A stretch of DNA of 64,000 nt from a virus, in UHGV virus genome UHGV-0229283; one strand, given 5' to 3'. Positions 55,158-64,000 of the stretch are shown here, one piece after another. Under the pieces are notes generated by a model. It searched no databases. It was not told where the DNA came from and saw only the letters and a list, made by a program, of their open reading frames with translations. A program made the position numbers and the translations under genes. Position 1 is the first letter of the stretch; every line of letters begins with the position of its first letter.

Positions 55158-55360
55158 TAATAGTAATCCTCAGGTCCACCCATATACCAGGAGTCTGGTG
55201 CATCACCCAGATCAGCCTCTCCCCAGTCACGGCTCTTTTTGCCTTTGGTCTGTTCCTTTCCAAAAAGAGCAGTCCCGTCAAGAAGGTGGCCCATAGCTTT
55301 CTCGCCCTTTTTGACGATCCTTCCACGGGCATTCCATTCTTCAAATGTTCTGTAGGCCAT
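55157..55360 (-). CDS. hypothetical protein (67 aa)
   Basis: Coupled ORF. Confidence 0.35.
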   Translation of the reverse strand: MAYRTFEEWNARGRIVKKGEKAMGHLLDGTALFGKEQTKGKKSRDWGEADLGDAPDSWYMGGPEDYY

Positions 55361-55369
55361 AATTTTCCA

Positions 55370-55648
55370 TCACCAAAGAATTACATAGTTATGCTTCAAG
55401 CATCTCTTCATACCATGAAGGTCGGCCTGAATGCACAAGATGACCAGCTCACGATCGAAAGATGTCATGCCGTCTTCATGGCAACTCTTTACATAGTTTT
55501 CGATCCAAACTTCATCTGTTAACAGCGCCTCTGTGGTAGCAATTTCTTGCTTTATCCACTCACGCTCTTCAGGTGTTATTGGGGTCCCCATCCTTGCATC
55601 CGTAAAGATATTCATGGTGTCATCTCCCACCAAACATTGAACATCCAT
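55370..55648 (-). CDS. hypothetical protein (92 aa)
   Basis: Co-oriented ORF. Confidence 0.4.
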   Translation of the reverse strand: MDVQCLVGDDTMNIFTDARMGTPITPEEREWIKQEIATTEALLTDEVWIENYVKSCHEDGMTSFDRELVILCIQADLHGMKRCLKHNYVILW

Positions 55649-55845
55649 GCTGAAAGAAATGCATGGGCAATCATCATGAGACCAGGGAAAACAAACGGAT
55701 CTTCTTTTTTACGAAGCAGGAGTGTTAATCCCTGCAACCCACAGCAAACCGTGTTCAAAATGAACAAGAAAAACGTAAATACTAAGACAAACATATCCTT
55801 ACTCCCAAAGACCAAAGTGATTAAGTACCGCGATGATGAGAACAA
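55612..55845 (-). CDS. small membrane protein (77 aa)
   Basis: Two hydrophobic helices. Confidence 0.35.
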   Translation of the reverse strand: MFSSSRYLITLVFGSKDMFVLVFTFFLFILNTVCCGLQGLTLLLRKKEDPFVFPGLMMIAHAFLSAWMFNVWWEMTP

Positions 55846-56006
55846 TGGCTACGACTTTCAGGATAAAAGGCAGACATCCGAGGTTCTCATAAACACCGCT
55901 TCTTTCCGCATTGAAGTGATCGCGGACGATCGCTCTCATTATCCAGAAATTCATAGCTCCTCCTCTTGATTAGATACCCTGAGGATATATTACTATCCAT
56001 GAGGTG

Positions 56007-56324
56007 TCAAGGCTCTTTTCCAAAAAGAATACGATCATGACCGACAATAGCCTTCGTCTTTTCCTTCAGAGCGAACCGCTTTGTCCAGTCAGCCATGTCC
56101 TGAATGTACCAACAAGCCTCTGCCGCTGCACGAATATTCGCTACATATTCGAGTGCGCCCTGATACCCACGAGAAACACCCTCCGCCCACCGGATACCGC
56201 CCCTTTTTGCTTCCAGATGCTCTAATGCCTTCTTAACATTTTCCATCATCGACCTCCAGCAGATATTTTTGCCAGCGGCGCATACTGACATCATGGAGTT
56301 TACGACTGCCAAGGAGATTTGCAA
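56007..56324 (-). CDS. hypothetical protein (105 aa)
   Basis: Co-oriented ORF. Overlaps its neighbour. Confidence 0.35.
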   Translation of the reverse strand: MQISLAVVNSMMSVCAAGKNICWRSMMENVKKALEHLEAKRGGIRWAEGVSRGYQGALEYVANIRAAAEACWYIQDMADWTKRFALKEKTKAIVGHDRILFGKEP

Positions 56325-56547
56325 TCTTCCATGATTTTACTTCAGGAAATTCCTTTTTTACAACACCTTGAAGATGCCCGTTTATTTTTCTACGGGTCTC
56401 CACTGCACGTTTATAACCTTTAGTTTTGAACAGGCTACACCAGGTGTCTCTGGTATTTGCATCGATGCTGAAACTTCTCATCACTAACTGGAAGATACGC
56501 TGGCGGTGGCCCGTGCATGTCTCATCGAGGACATAATAATTTTTCAC
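56233..56547 (-). CDS. hypothetical protein (104 aa)
   Basis: Co-oriented ORF. Confidence 0.35.
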   Translation of the reverse strand: MKNYYVLDETCTGHRQRIFQLVMRSFSIDANTRDTWCSLFKTKGYKRAVETRRKINGHLQGVVKKEFPEVKSWKIANLLGSRKLHDVSMRRWQKYLLEVDDGKC

Positions 56548-56634
56548 AAGAACTCCTTCACAAAAAGATCGACGGCAAAATCCAGGCCCCGGCGTAGCGG
56601 GGGTACTGGATTTGGACGGCGCGGCGCTTCGCGC

Positions 56635-57183
56635 CTATACACGATCCCCAAACAGTTTTTCAAAGCTAGCCATTCTTTCTTTCACCCGTTCAGGGTCTGC
56701 GGACAAGAAGTGGCGACTATCGCCCCTGATAAGTGTTCCAGTGTAGCCGATACTTTTATTAAAGGCTGTGGCGATGTCTTCCACAGCATATCCTCTCTTG
56801 TGCAGTTCCCTTATGACCGCGACATCCTCGTCACTAAGTGCTTGATTTCCAGCCTTGATGTTCTTAGCAGTACCTTCGGGACCATTTTTACCCTTCACCA
56901 TCCCTGTAACCTCATAAAAGTATTCCGGGATTCTTGAAGGAACCAGCACAGGATCTCTTAATCGGACGGCCTTTATAACCTTGTGGTATGAGATTCCCAT
57001 CATTTCGGCTACTTTCGTCAAAGGCCATTTGGTGTACTTCTTGATGGCTTTCAGAAAGATAACCTCCTCGTTTGAGAGCGATCTCCCATTGGGGGTCCCA
57101 CTCGGGTCCCACCATTGGTAATCTCTTGCCATCTGCTGTAAAGACTGCGTTCCCATAGCCATATTTTTGCTTTCTATCTTCAT
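56635..57183 (-). CDS. DNA-binding protein with two HTH-like repeats (182 aa)
   Basis: LTKVAEMMGISYHKVIKAV and YAVEDIATAFNKSIGYTGTLIRG are HTH-like. Confidence 0.45.
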   Translation of the reverse strand: MKIESKNMAMGTQSLQQMARDYQWWDPSGTPNGRSLSNEEVIFLKAIKKYTKWPLTKVAEMMGISYHKVIKAVRLRDPVLVPSRIPEYFYEVTGMVKGKNGPEGTAKNIKAGNQALSDEDVAVIRELHKRGYAVEDIATAFNKSIGYTGTLIRGDSRHFLSADPERVKERMASFEKLFGDRV

Positions 57184-57350
57184 TCACCGCCACTCCATCT
57201 TTACGCAACCGTAGCCTTTGTCCTTACATTTTACCATCTGCCGAATGGCCTCGTCAAAGCTTTCGCCCTGCCAGAATACGTAATATTTATACTCACCCTC
57301 GTGGGCGTTTGTCCAGTATTGGACAGTAAAAGTGCTTCCCATATTAACTC

Positions 57351-57533
57351 CTAATGATCGCCAAAAATACGTAGAAGGGAGAGATTAGTCCAGAAGGCAA
57401 AGGACATCCCAAACAGCAACATCCCGACAAAATCATGGGACTCGGCAGTTTGTGCCAACCCAGTCCCCATCACAAAGGACATGAAAACACATCCCAGGGT
57501 TTTCCAGATTTCAATCATATAGACCCTTCCCAA
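57351..57533 (-). CDS. small membrane protein (60 aa)
   Basis: Hydrophobic ORF. Confidence 0.3.
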   Translation of the reverse strand: MGRVYMIEIWKTLGCVFMSFVMGTGLAQTAESHDFVGMLLFGMSFAFWTNLSLLRIFGDH

Positions 57534-57760
57534 ATCTCAAAGTTGTTGCCGAGACTGGGGAGGACGTGCTCATTAATCTGAGTGCATCGATAGCCCTCTC
57601 CTCCAAACATGGTTCCCAAGCTGTAGACTATGTACAGACTACCTTTTTGAGAAAGGTAGGTGTAAATGCCCTGCAACCACTTCGGGTCCCTGAAGTAAAT
57701 TCCATTGCTCCGAGATTTCTTCAGAGCAGACTTTATCAAAACCAAATCATCGTAAATCAT
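57515..57760 (-). CDS. hypothetical protein (81 aa)
   Basis: Co-oriented ORF. Confidence 0.35.
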   Translation of the reverse strand: MIYDDLVLIKSALKKSRSNGIYFRDPKWLQGIYTYLSQKGSLYIVYSLGTMFGGEGYRCTQINEHVLPSLGNNFEIWEGSI

Positions 57761-57772
57761 ATTTTATCCTCA

Positions 57773-58129
57773 TTAAGGCTTGGAAGGAGGGGCTGGTGGT
57801 GGGCCTGGTCGCAACATCTTAGCAGAGACTGCGGCGATAATCTCTTCCCGTGTGGGATAGTAAATGCACTCATCCTCTTTTTCCTGGACGTGCTCTGCAA
57901 TCTTTGACATTGCACTTTCTTTCGTCAAAGAGGGATTCCAAATGGTTAGCCACAGGAACCCAAAGAATTTTTCCTGCACCCACCATCGCCCACCCTGACA
58001 TTTTAGCCTAAATTTATTCATTGTAAGAAACCCCCTTAACATAACGCCAAGTTTTACGGTAATATGCCAGCCACTTGGCAAGCTCGTCTTCACCGACACC
58101 AGATTTGCACAAATACCAGCCGTTGTCAA
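57773..58129 (-). CDS. hypothetical protein with Pro-rich C-terminus (118 aa)
   Basis: Co-oriented ORF ending RPGPPPAPPSKP. Confidence 0.4.
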   Translation of the reverse strand: MTTAGICANLVSVKTSLPSGWHITVKLGVMLRGFLTMNKFRLKCQGGRWWVQEKFFGFLWLTIWNPSLTKESAMSKIAEHVQEKEDECIYYPTREEIIAAVSAKMLRPGPPPAPPSKP

Positions 58130-58293
58130 CGCTTACCCGTCCATAGATGCAAAATTTTTTCATACGCCTCCCCATGATTTCTCCTTTGAAATTGTTTATC
58201 TTGGCATTATGACAGAAAGAGAGGTCTTGTCAACAGTTGATTGATACCAAATTTGTTGGTATAATCATTTAAAAAATATGGAGGGGGGTTGTT

Positions 58294-59259
58294 TTGGAAC
58301 ACCATGTTACCACACAATATAGAAGATCTGGGGTACTAGTTTATATGGTTTGTATTGTAGGCTACGAAGAGTTCGGAGGTTTCGAAGTTCCCGCGTTAGT
58401 TTATAATTATCGGAAGAACGAAGTCAGAAGCCTGCTTAATCGTAAAGTAGTGGAGTTCAAAAACCTGAAAAAGGAGAGAGGCCTAAAGGGGGTCCCACCT
58501 AAGATGGAAAAACCCCCTAAGAAAATTTCCAGAGCTGGCCCAGCAAAGACGGCGAAAAAAGGGATGTATAAAGTCAGAGAATCTGAAAGAACCAATGCAA
58601 AAGGCCACCATGTGTATATCGATTACAAGTGCCCTGTTTGTCGCAAGGATGTGTTTTCAAAGGCGGGTATTTGTGATGGTTGGTTCACTATGAGGAGATC
58701 CGATTTTGAAAGCGGGAAACTCGCGTGCAGGTGTAGTAGTAGCTATAGATACACTGAAAGACAAAGAATTTTCCAGATTGAGAGCGTGGCGAGAAATTTG
58801 GAATTTATTGGTTGGGTAAGTGGGTATGAAGGCAAGAATGCAAAGACACTAGAGATCACGATGAGGTGCCAAAAACATGGTGATTTTATTACTACCTTCG
58901 ACCGACTTTACCATAAGGGGTGTGGGTGTCCTGAATGTGCGGGTAAAAACCAAAAGTTTTCATATATCCATCTTATCGAGGGTGAGCAAGGTTTTAAATT
59001 CGGTATCAGTAAAGACCCAAAATATAGGATATCAAAGATGAACTCCATGAACAGGGCCAAGGCTAAGAACATAGGTGTCTGGGAGTTCTCCTCAGCAGAA
59101 AAGTGCAAAAAAGCAGAGAAGGAATGTAAAAAAAGAGTAGTCACAGGCTTTATATCAAAGGAATACATGAAAGATGGGTGGACTGAAACAGCTTCTGTGC
59201 TAGACTTAGAAAAAGTCATCTCCATCTATGAAAAACATGGTGGAAAAAGAATCAAATAG
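58294..59259 (+). CDS. T5orf172/GIY-YIG-like domain protein with zinc ribbons (homing-endonuclease-like, free-standing)
   Basis: SYIHLIEGEQGFKFGISKDPKYRISKMN resembles the T5orf172 (GIY-YIG-like) motif. CPVCRK, CRCSS and CGCPEC are zinc-binding pairs. It is on the opposite strand to its neighbours. Confidence 0.5.
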   Translation: MEHHVTTQYRRSGVLVYMVCIVGYEEFGGFEVPALVYNYRKNEVRSLLNRKVVEFKNLKKERGLKGVPPKMEKPPKKISRAGPAKTAKKGMYKVRESERTNAKGHHVYIDYKCPVCRKDVFSKAGICDGWFTMRRSDFESGKLACRCSSSYRYTERQRIFQIESVARNLEFIGWVSGYEGKNAKTLEITMRCQKHGDFITTFDRLYHKGCGCPECAGKNQKFSYIHLIEGEQGFKFGISKDPKYRISKMNSMNRAKAKNIGVWEFSSAEKCKKAEKECKKRVVTGFISKEYMKDGWTETASVLDLEKVISIYEKHGGKRIK

Positions 59260-59267
59260 GAGATAAA

Positions 59268-59507
59268 ATGTCAGAACAAATTCTCGAACAAGACAAGTAC
59301 AAAATTTACGAAATCGTCCTCATCGATGGTCAATACGAGGCAACCATTCGGGATATCTATACCCGGACTGTCCGCAAGGACGAGGATACCGTTGAGGTCT
59401 ATGTGTCTTATCGTCTTCACGAGAAAGATTGGTGGTATGAGGAGATTCTCCCACACCGTGTACAAAAGCTAAATGGCGAACTTAACTTTGGAGATAAAAA
59501 ATGCTAG
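59268..59507 (+). CDS. hypothetical protein (79 aa)
   Basis: Co-oriented with the T5orf172-like gene. Confidence 0.4.
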   Translation: MSEQILEQDKYKIYEIVLIDGQYEATIRDIYTRTVRKDEDTVEVYVSYRLHEKDWWYEEILPHRVQKLNGELNFGDKKC

Positions 59508-59797
59508 AATTAGAAGATAGTGGTATGCCTGATCGTAACGAGCCAGACCATAAGGTTTGTGTTGATTCCATCTGCCTGCTGTATGGATTCTCGGAGGATA
59601 ATATCCTTAATGGAAAACGCTGTCTTGTGCTGGAGAAGACCATCCTCGGTGTAAATGGATATTACCCTCGTCACGAATCTTGGTTTCTTTGCCACGTTGA
59701 TGGACTTCCATATCTGCATGATATCCGAGTTGATCACTTGATGCACTTGGATGATTCAGATCATCTCGTGATAGAAAAGCTATCCAAAGGTCAATAA
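59501..59797 (+). CDS. hypothetical protein (98 aa)
   Basis: Ends at a bidirectional terminator. Confidence 0.4.
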   Translation: MLELEDSGMPDRNEPDHKVCVDSICLLYGFSEDNILNGKRCLVLEKTILGVNGYYPRHESWFLCHVDGLPYLHDIRVDHLMHLDDSDHLVIEKLSKGQ

Positions 59798-59824
59798 AAA
59801 AAAACCCGGCAATCGCCGGTTTTT
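59792..59824. terminator. bidirectional rho-independent terminator (A9, CCGGCAATCGCCGG, T10)
   Basis: A hairpin flanked by an A run and a T run, between convergent genes. Confidence 0.65.
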
Positions 59825-59826
59825 TT

Positions 59827-60201
59827 TTATACATCTTTCAACCATTCATTCCTTTCGGTATAAATCATACGGTTTTTCTTCTTCCTGTTGAGGGCAGCAG
59901 GTATCACCTGAATATTATCACCACAGTTAAGGCCGGACACTTTAGTTGCCCTGAGGGGAAGCATGTGGTCTGGTTCCCACTTTATTCCAGTATCTTCACA
60001 GCGAACAGAACACAAGTGGTCAGCCTCATCTCTGACAAACTCATCCCACTCACTATGGAGGGTAGCACGTTTCTCTGCTTCAATACGAGCAAGACGAATA
60101 CGAAGTTGTTCTGCTTTACCTTCCGGTGTGGAACGCCGCTGACGATCAATCTCACGACGACGGGCGGCATACTGACGATAATACTCCTGACGATCTCTCA
60201 T
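59827..60201 (-). CDS. HNH endonuclease (124 aa)
   Basis: EPDHMLPL...GLNCGDNIQVIPAALNRKK is an HNH motif. Confidence 0.65.
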   Translation of the reverse strand: MRDRQEYYRQYAARRREIDRQRRSTPEGKAEQLRIRLARIEAEKRATLHSEWDEFVRDEADHLCSVRCEDTGIKWEPDHMLPLRATKVSGLNCGDNIQVIPAALNRKKKNRMIYTERNEWLKDV

Positions 60202-60213
60202 AAGAATCTCCTC

Positions 60214-60693
60214 TTAGTGCAAGGTCAGAAATACCGTCAACAGGCCGTAGAGAACTGCCGCCAGGAGAAACCAGCGGTTATTGGAATTTCTGAACCAGTC
60301 TTTTACTCGGTATTTTACACCTAGCGTTTTCTTGTGTTCACTGATAATCCTATCCAACGATCTATAGAGATCACGAATAGAGGCTTCGAACCCTTCATAA
60401 CTATCAAAGGCCTCTTCCAGATGTTCTGGATCGAGCTTCCCCATGTCTCCAACACGAAAAGTGTAAGTTGTTGGTCTTATGGTATTTGAACCCCTAGTGA
60501 CATCCAGACGACCAACTTTTATAGAAAAAAGGATGCCGTTTTTGGCATCCCTTATGACGAGAACTCGTTCTTCTGTCACAGGCTCCCTTACGAGAGCGAT
60601 GCAACCTTTTGAGTTTTCTATAAAACCCTTTTCCAGCAGAGTATGCCAGTGCTCTCGAAGGATAGGGTGTTCACGTACAATCTTTTGAAACAT
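60214..60693 (-). CDS. hypothetical protein (159 aa)
   Basis: Co-oriented ORF. Confidence 0.45.
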   Translation of the reverse strand: MFQKIVREHPILREHWHTLLEKGFIENSKGCIALVREPVTEERVLVIRDAKNGILFSIKVGRLDVTRGSNTIRPTTYTFRVGDMGKLDPEHLEEAFDSYEGFEASIRDLYRSLDRIISEHKKTLGVKYRVKDWFRNSNNRWFLLAAVLYGLLTVFLTLH

Positions 60694-60765
60694 ACTAACC
60701 TCCTATCTTAATGATAGATCCATTTTATCATGAAAAACAGGGTTATCATATAAGATAGGGACGAT

Positions 60766-60996
60766 TCAGCACTTAAAACTGCACTTGGGACAAGGACAAG
60801 AGATACCGTGGAAGCATAAACCCGTGCCATCTTTTCTAACACCAGTGCCACCACAATTCGGACAAGAGTCATGCAAGCACTTCACAGTTCCGGTATCACC
60901 TGAAGAAGGCCATACAACTTTCTCGATGCATTGCTGGGCATAGTATCTTTCTCTCATAATCTTTGCCTGTTCTGGAGTGAGAAGACCATAACTCAT
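60766..60996 (-). CDS. small Cys-rich zinc-ribbon protein (76 aa)
   Basis: CPNCGGTG...CPCPKCSFKC. Confidence 0.4.
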   Translation of the reverse strand: MSYGLLTPEQAKIMRERYYAQQCIEKVVWPSSGDTGTVKCLHDSCPNCGGTGVRKDGTGLCFHGISCPCPKCSFKC

Positions 60997-61155
60997 ACTG
61001 TATACCCCTTACATTGTAGCCAAACAAAGAAATCCTCCATCCAATCTTCCTGATCTCTGGTGTCGGGCCAGTTCTCAGGCTCTTCGGAGAGATTCCTGTG
61101 CATTTTATATTCTGATTGCCATTCTGAAATCAGTTCTACCATTCTACCCATAAAC

Positions 61156-61368
61156 TCAAGCTGTCGCATTTCTTCTCCTCATAACATAGTGGATTAAGGC
61201 CCCGAAGGGCCATGCAAAACCGATGGCAAAACAAATTTCAGACCAATCCCGATCCGTCTTGGCCTTATAGATTTGCTTCAGGACTGTGTCCTTTTCCATC
61301 CTGATTGAGTATACCACGGCTATGATTGAATATGCAACACCAAATATCCCTACCAGCGCTTCAATCAT
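61156..61368 (-). CDS. small membrane protein (70 aa)
   Basis: Two hydrophobic helices. Confidence 0.35.
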   Translation of the reverse strand: MIEALVGIFGVAYSIIAVVYSIRMEKDTVLKQIYKAKTDRDWSEICFAIGFAWPFGALIHYVMRRRNATA

Positions 61369-62438
61369 ACCAGTTTACTCCAACACATATCTTGAGCCGT
61401 CATGAGAACCCTGGCAAACAGGTCAAGATCCGCCATTTTAGGAAGCTGTGTCTTTTTGTACAAATCTCCCCGGATATAATGGTCCTTCTCGTCAGCCCAT
61501 GAGAGCAGTTCGTCAAGAGTCCACTTACCAGCCCGGATATCGAGGAGTTCCTGAGCATCAGGACGCTTCACGAGGACCTTCCCATCAGAAAGAATCTCTT
61601 CTGCCATACGCATCAGCCGTACAAGGTGCATCGCATGTTTCGTGTCATAACCAAAATCAACTTCGAGCTGGTGACGAACTTCATTTCGGTTCTGTTTCCA
61701 TGTCCAATAGTTACGATGCTTCTCTTTGGCCTGCTTGTGTTCCTCTGCCAAATATTTGACAATAAAGACAGGTTTTCTCCGCTTGTCAGAATCAGAAAGT
61801 TGCTGATAGTCAACATGGCGAATTGAACCGTCAGCATTGAACATCCCTGAGCTACTGAAGTTTTCCATCACCCCATAGATATCGTTCCCATAAGGTACAA
61901 GGATACACATATCGTTGAGATTGTTCATTGCTTCCATGAAACGATCATGTTTAATTGCCCCGGCAAGGAATTCGTTCTCACTATAGTTGTGAACTAATCG
62001 GAAGAATTCCTTTTGCGTAGGCTTTTCTTCAGGTTGCGGATTGCTGATCCACTTATCATGACCGCGAATACGCTTAAGCTGTGCCATCGCATAGCCAGAA
62101 AAGGAGAACGCTACCTTACTGGTCAGTAGCGCCGGAGCCATTGTGCGAAGATATTCATAAACTTCAGAGGTTTGCAGAATATCCTTATCATCGACAAACA
62201 TCAGTTCGATAATGTTGGGGTTCATCTCTGCAAACAATTTCATGAAGTTTGTCAGCTCATAAATCTTCCCATCCTCTTCATCTTTCAGCGTCTGCTCTTT
62301 GATGTTAAAGAACGGAGTGCGAATGAATTTAGGAGGGGCGCAGAACAGACCCCGGATATCCACATCACTAGTTGGCAGATTTGTGCCATAAGCCAAACTT
62401 CCTGAGTGGCATCGCATCACTTCGAAATTTTCCATCAT
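61365..62438 (-). CDS. Pol-beta superfamily nucleotidyltransferase (possibly RlaP-like, RNA-repair associated)
   Basis: HSGSLAYGTNLPTSDVDIRGLF is the GS...D.D minimal nucleotidyltransferase motif. Length is 357 aa. Confidence 0.5.
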   Translation of the reverse strand: MMENFEVMRCHSGSLAYGTNLPTSDVDIRGLFCAPPKFIRTPFFNIKEQTLKDEEDGKIYELTNFMKLFAEMNPNIIELMFVDDKDILQTSEVYEYLRTMAPALLTSKVAFSFSGYAMAQLKRIRGHDKWISNPQPEEKPTQKEFFRLVHNYSENEFLAGAIKHDRFMEAMNNLNDMCILVPYGNDIYGVMENFSSSGMFNADGSIRHVDYQQLSDSDKRRKPVFIVKYLAEEHKQAKEKHRNYWTWKQNRNEVRHQLEVDFGYDTKHAMHLVRLMRMAEEILSDGKVLVKRPDAQELLDIRAGKWTLDELLSWADEKDHYIRGDLYKKTQLPKMADLDLFARVLMTAQDMCWSKLV

Positions 62439-62444
62439 CTCTCC

Positions 62445-62819
62445 TTAGGAGGTTACCAGTTTCATCGGGCGTTTCATATCCCAAAAGTTCAGGAGGCCCT
62501 GACACAGTTGCTTTGTTGGCAGACCATCTTTATTCATCGGGGCTTCGTCACGCAGACGGCGGATCTCTTCAAGCAGAAGGATTACCTCATCTGGATAATA
62601 ACCAGTAGGCTCTTCCGCCTTGATCATACAGATACCAGGTTTCCACTTAGACAAAGAGTAACGACTCTCGTCTTCTTTCCGGTTAGGGTATGCATCAACC
62701 AACACCTTAGCCAGCTTGCCACGGATCTGCTTTACAATGCCGGGTTTTAGTTCATTGTACCCGAAATAAATATAAACAGAGTCGCCAACCTTGAGAGTAT
62801 CGCCACGAACATCATTCAT
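62445..62819 (-). CDS. hypothetical protein (124 aa)
   Basis: Co-oriented ORF. Confidence 0.45.
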   Translation of the reverse strand: MNDVRGDTLKVGDSVYIYFGYNELKPGIVKQIRGKLAKVLVDAYPNRKEDESRYSLSKWKPGICMIKAEEPTGYYPDEVILLLEEIRRLRDEAPMNKDGLPTKQLCQGLLNFWDMKRPMKLVTS

Positions 62820-62820
62820 G

Positions 62821-63312
62821 CTATTCTCCTTTCAGTCGGAAAGATTTGATCATGGTAATCAAGTCTTTCTCCACTTGGGTATAGTTGTGGATAACATTTC
62901 CCATCTCATCACGATACTGATTCGCAATTTGTGGACCTGACAGTTGACCTGGTCGGTATACGAGATCCGCAACTTCCATGTATTGTGGATTGTACATATA
63001 CTCTGGTAGTACAACAGCAACTGCCGTCATTGCCCCGTTAAGAGCATCCTTTTCCTCGCAGAACGAGGCCCACGGGTACGTAGCTGAAACAGGGATCAGC
63101 TTTTCACACAGGGATTGAAGGCTTGACTGATAACCGCCATTAAGAACAATGATAGTCTTATCTTCATCAGCCCATTCCAATACTAACTTACCTGCCTTTG
63201 TCTTGGCAGGGGTGTAGTCACGGAATACCTCAGCGATCGCATGAGCGGACTGAATTCCGGCATGGATACCTGCAATATACTGATTTACTACGCAATACAT
63301 ACGTGTCTTCAT
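62821..63312 (-). CDS. possible PTH2-like peptidyl-tRNA hydrolase (tentative)
   Basis: GIHAGIQSAHAIAEV resembles the PTH2 AAQCSHAA region. ...KTIIVLNGG...SLQSL... resembles the PTH2 core. Weak. Confidence 0.3.
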   Translation of the reverse strand: MKTRMYCVVNQYIAGIHAGIQSAHAIAEVFRDYTPAKTKAGKLVLEWADEDKTIIVLNGGYQSSLQSLCEKLIPVSATYPWASFCEEKDALNGAMTAVAVVLPEYMYNPQYMEVADLVYRPGQLSGPQIANQYRDEMGNVIHNYTQVEKDLITMIKSFRLKGE

Positions 63313-63527
63313 TATTTCTTTCTCCTGTACACAACTGTCCTACTATTCAGATGCTTCCCTACCCAACCACAAATGGCACATAAAATAGCTAACCACCAAA
63401 AAACACCACAGACCAGGGAAATTAAAATATCTTCGACCCTCAGTAAATCTTGTTCACGAAGGGTGTGGTAAATTACAGCCCCTGCCATGATGATACCGAG
63501 AACAATATAAATAATGGCAAAAATCAT
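63312..63527 (-). CDS. small membrane protein (71 aa)
   Basis: Two TM helices. Confidence 0.35.
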   Translation of the reverse strand: MIFAIIYIVLGIIMAGAVIYHTLREQDLLRVEDILISLVCGVFWWLAILCAICGWVGKHLNSRTVVYRRKK

Positions 63528-63880
63528 TTCCCTTTCCTTTCCTTCACAAACTTAACCAGAAGAAACATCCCCAAGCCTATGGCCGCAGTTATGGCAAAGA
63601 ATATAAATGCGGGAAGAAGCAGAACCCCCAGCCCTATGATTACCGGAAGGAATAAACCGCACATAACAGCTATAAACGCTGGGATTCCATATTTATCCCA
63701 TGTGGTGTCGTCCTCTGCACGATAAACGAGACCAACACACAATCCAGCCAAGACACTTAGAACGACAACCAGCAATTCTGCGTTATTAAAGATAAATCTC
63801 CATACAGGGAGTACAACGTCATCAAGATAATTCATTTTTCTATCCTTTTTTGAAGAACTCTGTGTATTTAAACATAGCAC
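63524..63880 (-). CDS. membrane protein (118 aa)
   Basis: Three hydrophobic helices. Confidence 0.4.
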   Translation of the reverse strand: MLCLNTQSSSKKDRKMNYLDDVVLPVWRFIFNNAELLVVVLSVLAGLCVGLVYRAEDDTTWDKYGIPAFIAVMCGLFLPVIIGLGVLLLPAFIFFAITAAIGLGMFLLVKFVKERKGK

Positions 63881-64000
63881 CCTTGTAGCTTGGATGCAAG
63901 CGATAATTACAACCTTTTTCGATACACCAGGCTGTGGCCTTGTTACGCAGGGCTACTAAACCACACCAAGCACAAACTTGCTTCCCTGCATGTTTGTCCA

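Noticed and set aside
56912-57208. 98 aa minus-strand ORF overlapping the 3' part of the HTH protein gene
   Set aside because: It is an alternative frame overlapping 56635-57183 by more than 270 bp. It is kept out of the feature list as probably spurious.

Overview
This 64 kb window looks like part of a large lytic dsDNA phage of an enterobacterial host. GC content is roughly mid-40s percent by eye. I could not assign the phage to a named genus from sequence alone.

Strand layout. Genes at 54-32977 run on the minus strand. Genes at 33048-41310 run on the plus strand. An AT-rich, repeat-rich intergenic zone follows at 41290-42500. A plus-strand cluster of about 25 small genes occupies 42498-51994. 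An ORF-free, highly structured noncoding zone lies at 52000-53740. Minus-strand genes resume at 53740-63880, with a small plus-strand island at 58294-59797.

Recognisable functions.
- Replication: a T7 gp4-like primase-helicase; a family A DNA polymerase whose gene is split inside motif B by an insertion carrying an HNH endonuclease ORF; a Dda/Pif1-like SF1 helicase.
- NAD+ salvage: a PnuC transporter next to a NadR-like NMN adenylyltransferase / ribosylnicotinamide kinase.
- RNA and tRNA repair-type genes: an Rnl2-like RNA ligase, a Poa1p-like macro domain protein, a SpoT-like HD hydrolase, a Pol-beta nucleotidyltransferase and a possible PTH2.
- A MoxR/CobS-like AAA+ ATPase and a VWA/metallopeptidase protein that are plausible partners.
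- A SleB-like cell wall hydrolase and a divergent C5-methyltransferase-like protein.
- At least five HNH/AP2 homing-endonuclease-type genes, three AP2-only paralogs and a T5orf172-like gene.
- An IS200/IS605-family TnpB.

The most striking element is a cas-less mini CRISPR array at 25348-25495. It has three 27-29 nt type I-E-like repeats and two 32 bp spacers, and sits 85 bp upstream of tnpB in the same orientation.

Other points worth a second look are listed in the findings. They include a translationally coupled GHKL-ATPase / 411 aa / helicase operon. They also include the small-gene cluster with its stereotyped TIR, duplicated promoter and hairpin families, three paralogous noncoding elements and a palindrome family. 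Finally there is a 21 bp perfect inverted-repeat pair and a block of tandem 70 bp repeats.

All functional calls rest on motif recognition from the translated ORFs. None is backed by a database search.
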